From a virus (Duplodnaviria > Caudoviricetes), in IMG/VR virus record IMGVR_UViG_3300034093_000924, positions 1 to 53,965 of that record: a stretch of 53,965 bases of DNA; one strand, written 5' to 3'. The translations under genes and the position numbers were made by a program. The notes below the pieces were generated by a model. The model was not told the DNA's origin and ran no database searches. It saw only the letters and a list, made by a program, of their open reading frames with translations. Below are positions 53,572 through 53,965 of the stretch, piece by piece (position 1 is the stretch's first letter; each line of letters opens with the position of its first letter).

Positions 53572-53965
53572 ATGCAAATCATAGACAACAAAGCACTGCT
53601 GTTCACTACCCGCAACCCCAACAAGTACTGCATCATTCCAAAGCACAAAGTCATGCCTCGCACAGATGGTGGCTTTGATGTTGCAGTCTATTGGGGGTTG
53701 GATGAGGCGCGAGTGTTGAAGAACCTCGGTGTCAAAGATGTACCCTCGCCCATCGTGAGGAAGTACCCCTGGCCTGGGCGCTACAAGCCCATGGCCCACC
53801 AAGTCGAGACCGCTGCCTTCTTGACACTACACCGCCGCGCATTCGTGTTCTCGGAACCCGGCACAGGCAAGACGCTATCCGCACTGTGGGCAGCGGACTA
53901 CTTGATGCAGCGCGGTGAAGTGCGCCGCGTGTTGATACTGTGCCCCCTGTCGATCATGCAGTCAG
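53572..53965 (+). CDS. SNF2/SF2 helicase, N-terminal part (truncated)
   Basis: PMAHQ Q-motif, Walker A EPGTGKT, motif Ia LILCPLS; runs off the window. Confidence 0.85.
   Translation, partial: MQIIDNKALLFTTRNPNKYCIIPKHKVMPRTDGGFDVAVYWGLDEARVLKNLGVKDVPSPIVRKYPWPGRYKPMAHQVETAAFLTLHRRAFVFSEPGTGKTLSALWAADYLMQRGEVRRVLILCPLSIMQS

Noticed and set aside
1-53965. tRNA genes, integrase, genetic code reassignment
   Set aside because: No cloverleaf or recombinase motifs recognised; core genes are intact under the standard code.

Overview
This window is a large part of a tailed dsDNA phage genome with P22/podovirus-type morphogenesis genes, and it has two divergent arms. The minus strand (~36,650 to <1) carries the late module. 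It runs terS-like, terL, portal, GroES-like co-chaperonin, scaffold, capsid proteins, a cluster of small basic proteins, adaptors, three repeat-rich fibre proteins, lysis genes, tail nozzle and ejection proteins. It ends in a >1,348-aa polyvalent-type protein that runs off the window. The plus strand (37,216 to >53,965) carries ~40 small early genes, an M20/M28 peptidase, VRR-NUC nuclease, family A DNA polymerase, Cas4-like exonuclease, HNH nuclease and the start of an SNF2-type helicase. I found no tRNA, CRISPR array, integrase or reverse transcriptase. The strongest unexplained signals are non-coding. (1) A ~130-nt candidate sRNA at the divergence point has its own sigma70-like promoter and intrinsic terminator. 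Its unpaired seed (CAUUUGCUUCUCCUCC) is complementary to an extended RBS motif found before ~15 early/replication genes but not before the late genes I checked, suggesting a one-to-many antisense translational switch. (2) A three-helix pseudoknotted leader RNA lies downstream of the major capsid gene. (3) An 81-bp gapless inverted repeat surrounds an AT-rich core (candidate origin). (4) Four copies of a GGGACA-N3-TGTCCC palindrome follow early-gene stop codons. All product calls come from motif recognition and synteny, without database searches.
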